From positions 1 to 39,406 of the forward strand of contig JBJKQR010000045.1 in the NCBI GenBank assembly GCA_046735395.1: 39,406 nt of DNA. Direction: 5' to 3'. Source of the DNA: Fidelibacterota bacterium. Lineage in GTDB: Bacteria > Fidelibacterota > Fidelibacteria > Fidelibacterales > DSDE01. Positions 37,113 through 39,406 of the stretch are shown here, in pieces. The first letter of the stretch is position 1, and every line of letters starts with the position of its first letter. The position numbers and the translations under genes were made by a program. Below the pieces are notes generated by a model. The model saw only the letters and a list, made by a program, of their open reading frames with translations. It searched no databases and was not told where the DNA came from.

Positions 37113-38141
37113 ATGAGGATGAGCGAGGACAAAATCAGACAGAAAAAAGACTATTGTGCGCCTGAAGGGCGCTACGATACCATGGTGTACCGCCGCAGCG
37201 GGAGAAGCGGAATTCGTCTGCCCATGATCTCACTGGGGCTCTGGCATAATTTCGGGGATGTGGATGACGAAGCTGTATATAAAAAAATCCTGTTTCGGGC
37301 CTTTGACCGGGGAATAACCCATTTCGATCTGGCCAATAATTATGGCCCGTCTCCCGGTTCTGCGGAAGAGAATTTTGGACGGATTCTGCACCGGCATATG
37401 AAGTCCTATCGTGATGAAATGGTGATCTCGACCAAAGCGGGATATTACATGTGGCCCGGTCCTTACGGGGAATGGGGCAGTAAAAAATATATGACCGCTT
37501 CCCTGGATCAGAGCCTGCGGAGAATGAAACTGGATTATGTGGACATCTTTTATTCTCATCGTCCCGATCCGGATACTCCGCTGGAGGAAACCATGGAGGC
37601 ACTGGCTCAGGCTCTGCATCAGGGCAAGGCGCTGTATGCCGGCCTCAGCAACTATTCTGCGGAACAGACCCGGAAGGCCGTGAGAATCCTGCGTGAAATG
37701 GGTGTGCGGGCGCTGATCCATCAGCCGAAATACAACATGTTTGACCGCTGGATCGAGGATGAACTTATGGATGTTCTGGAGGAAGAAGGTCTGGGATGTA
37801 TCCCCTTCACGCCGCTGGCCCAGGGAATGCTGACGGACAAATATCTGAATGGAATTCCGAAGGGATCCCGGGCAGCGAAGGAGCATGGATTTCTGCAGGT
37901 GTCCGCCATAACCGAGGAGCGGCTGAAACTAATCCGGAAACTGAATGATCTGGCCAAAACCCGGAATCAGTCACTGGCTGCCATGGTGCTGGCCTGGACT
38001 CTCAGAAAACCGCTGATTACGTCTATTCTGGTGGGCGCCTCATCCGTCGCCCAGCTGGATGACAGTCTGAGCGCTCTGGAAAATCCGCAGTTCAGCCCGG
38101 ATGAACTGCGGCGAATTGATGCCATTCTCGCCGGAAAATAA
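37113..38141 (+). CDS. mgrA: L-glyceraldehyde-3-phosphate reductase (aldo-keto reductase, YghZ/Gpr/MgrA family)
   Basis: ISLGLWHNFG, GITHFDLANNYGP, ISTKAGY.MWPGPYGEWGS, DIFYSHRPDPDTP. Start may be ATG 37119. Confidence 0.9.
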   Translation: MRMSEDKIRQKKDYCAPEGRYDTMVYRRSGRSGIRLPMISLGLWHNFGDVDDEAVYKKILFRAFDRGITHFDLANNYGPSPGSAEENFGRILHRHMKSYRDEMVISTKAGYYMWPGPYGEWGSKKYMTASLDQSLRRMKLDYVDIFYSHRPDPDTPLEETMEALAQALHQGKALYAGLSNYSAEQTRKAVRILREMGVRALIHQPKYNMFDRWIEDELMDVLEEEGLGCIPFTPLAQGMLTDKYLNGIPKGSRAAKEHGFLQVSAITEERLKLIRKLNDLAKTRNQSLAAMVLAWTLRKPLITSILVGASSVAQLDDSLSALENPQFSPDELRRIDAILAGK

Positions 38142-38183
38142 TTCTATAAAATTTTATTCAACAATCTGAGAAAGGACACTAAC

Positions 38184-39230
38184 ATGATGCGACGAGTTTT
38201 ATTACTGCCTCTGCTGGCGCTGGGTATCCTGGGATGCTCGGGAAAGCAGGCGGAAGCTCCGGCTGCGCCGTCCAGTCTCGCTGAGGCTCAGGCCATGGCC
38301 CGGGAGCGGAATGTTCCGCTCTTTGTCGATTTCTTCTCACCGACCTGAGGCGCCTGTAAAAGGCTGGACCAGTTGGTCTTCCGAAATGATGAATACAAGG
38401 AATTTTTTAACGATAAGGTCGTGTTTTACAAACTGACGAGCAAGGTCGGCGAGGAAGCGGAGCTTCGCGCTGCCTGGTCGGTGCCCGGCTATCCGACCGT
38501 GATTCTGTATGAACCCACCGGAAAGGAAATCGACAGAAAAATCGGTTTCGACGGGGATGCGGAAGCCTGGATGAAGGATATGCGGAACTGGGTGGAAGGC
38601 AGGGCCACACTGCAGACACTGCAGCAGGCTGTGGAGGCTGCTCCGGACAGTGTGCCCGGACTGATTGCCCTTGCCCGGAAATATGTCGAACGCTACGAGA
38701 CCGCCGAGGCATCCCTGCTCTATGCAAAAATTCTGGAACTGGATCCCGATGATCAGTTGCAGTGCGGTGACGAATCCAGGTATTATCTGGCGCTGACGGA
38801 TCTGAAGGAAAAATCGGATCTGCAGCCGATGAAGCAATTCCTGGCCGATGTGAGGGACAGCAGTTATCTGAGACAGGGACGGCAGGCGCTGATTGCTGCC
38901 TATCGTCAGAATCATGATATTTCTGCAGCTTTGAATCTGTATGAAGATCTTATGGCCGATTATCCTGAGGATACGGGTCTGAAGAATGCCTATGCATGGA
39001 TGATTTTTCAGGAAAAAGTGACATCCCGATACGAAGATGGCATAACGGCTGCCCGTGAAGCGGTTACTCTTGCTCCGGACGCGGATAATATCTGGGATAC
39101 GCTGGCACAGCTGCTTTTCGTGAGCGGCCGGAAAGGCGAGGCGATTGCAGCCATGGAGGAAGCGGTGCGTCTCGTTCCGGATGATTCGTATTACAGCGGA
39201 GAGCTGACAAAATTCAAGGGAGCGGAATAA
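38184..39230 (+). CDS. Selenocysteine-containing thioredoxin-fold/TPR lipoprotein (UxxC), 348 aa
   Basis: ATG 38184 after AAAGGA; lipobox ILGC18; PLFVDFFSPT-[TGA 38346-38348]-GACKRLD continues in frame into the track ORF 38373..39230; cis-Pro loop GYPTV; C-terminal TPRs. Confidence 0.85.
38361..38382 (+). promoter_or_regulatory. Bacterial SECIS-like hairpin
   Basis: GGACC-AGTT-GGTCT stem-loop (38366-38379); loop begins 22 nt after the UGA and has G at its second position. Confidence 0.65.
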
Positions 39231-39317
39231 GCGGCCCTCTCTGAACCGTCCGCGGAATGAAGCATCCGCCCTGCCCGGAGTGCGATCCGGACACGAACTC
39301 AATAACAGGAAATACAT

Positions 39318-39406
39318 ATGGAATCCAGATGTTTTACGGCATCCGACGGAATAGAAATACAGGCCTGGAAAAGTTGTCCTGAAAATCCGGTCGGAGTACT
39401 TCAGCT
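39318..39406 (+). CDS. 5' fragment of a probable alpha/beta hydrolase (lysophospholipase-like), truncated by the window edge
   Basis: MESRCFTASDGIEIQAWKSCPENPVGVLQ after AGGA; matches the F.a.DG......W....P.gvvq N-terminus of that family. Confidence 0.6.
   Translation, partial: MESRCFTASDGIEIQAWKSCPENPVGVLQ

Noticed and set aside
39231..39317. GC-rich intergenic stretch after the selenoprotein gene, checked as tRNA-Sec or a terminator
   Set aside because: No cloverleaf, no T-loop consensus and no T tract.
1..39406. CRISPR arrays, rRNA/tRNA genes, IS/integrase, prophage or defence genes
   Set aside because: I found no periodic repeats or diagnostic motifs by eye.

Overview
A gene-dense, mostly plus-strand chromosomal segment from a diderm bacterium, probably in the FCB group. 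A PorV-family barrel, a T9SS-type C-terminal domain, a short RpoD lacking region 1.1 and TTG-N20/21-TAnnTT promoters point that way; Marinimicrobia-like is an inference. Contents in order: an envelope cluster (cpoB, half glycogen synthase, lipoproteins, OM barrel); rpiB-glyA-nrdR; a porV-led outer-membrane operon ending in bamD; housekeeping genes (nadD, Ca/Na antiporter, ftsEX, dusB, rpoD, rpsU, glmM); eutN-deoC-rlmD; mgsA; proC-metA-metY; and a redox/sulfur-selenium tail. I saw no rRNA, tRNA, CRISPR array or mobile element. Best hidden signals: (1) a selenoprotein that the ORF track truncates, a thioredoxin-TPR lipoprotein with UxxC (UGA at 38346) and a SECIS-like hairpin; (2) a Met/Pro-rich leader peptide with alternative RNA folds ahead of proC-metA-metY; (3) an attenuator-like structured 5' leader ahead of porV; (4) a BMC vertex gene next to a DeoC carrying an encapsulation-peptide-like N-terminus. 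All calls come from motif recognition by eye; no searches were run.
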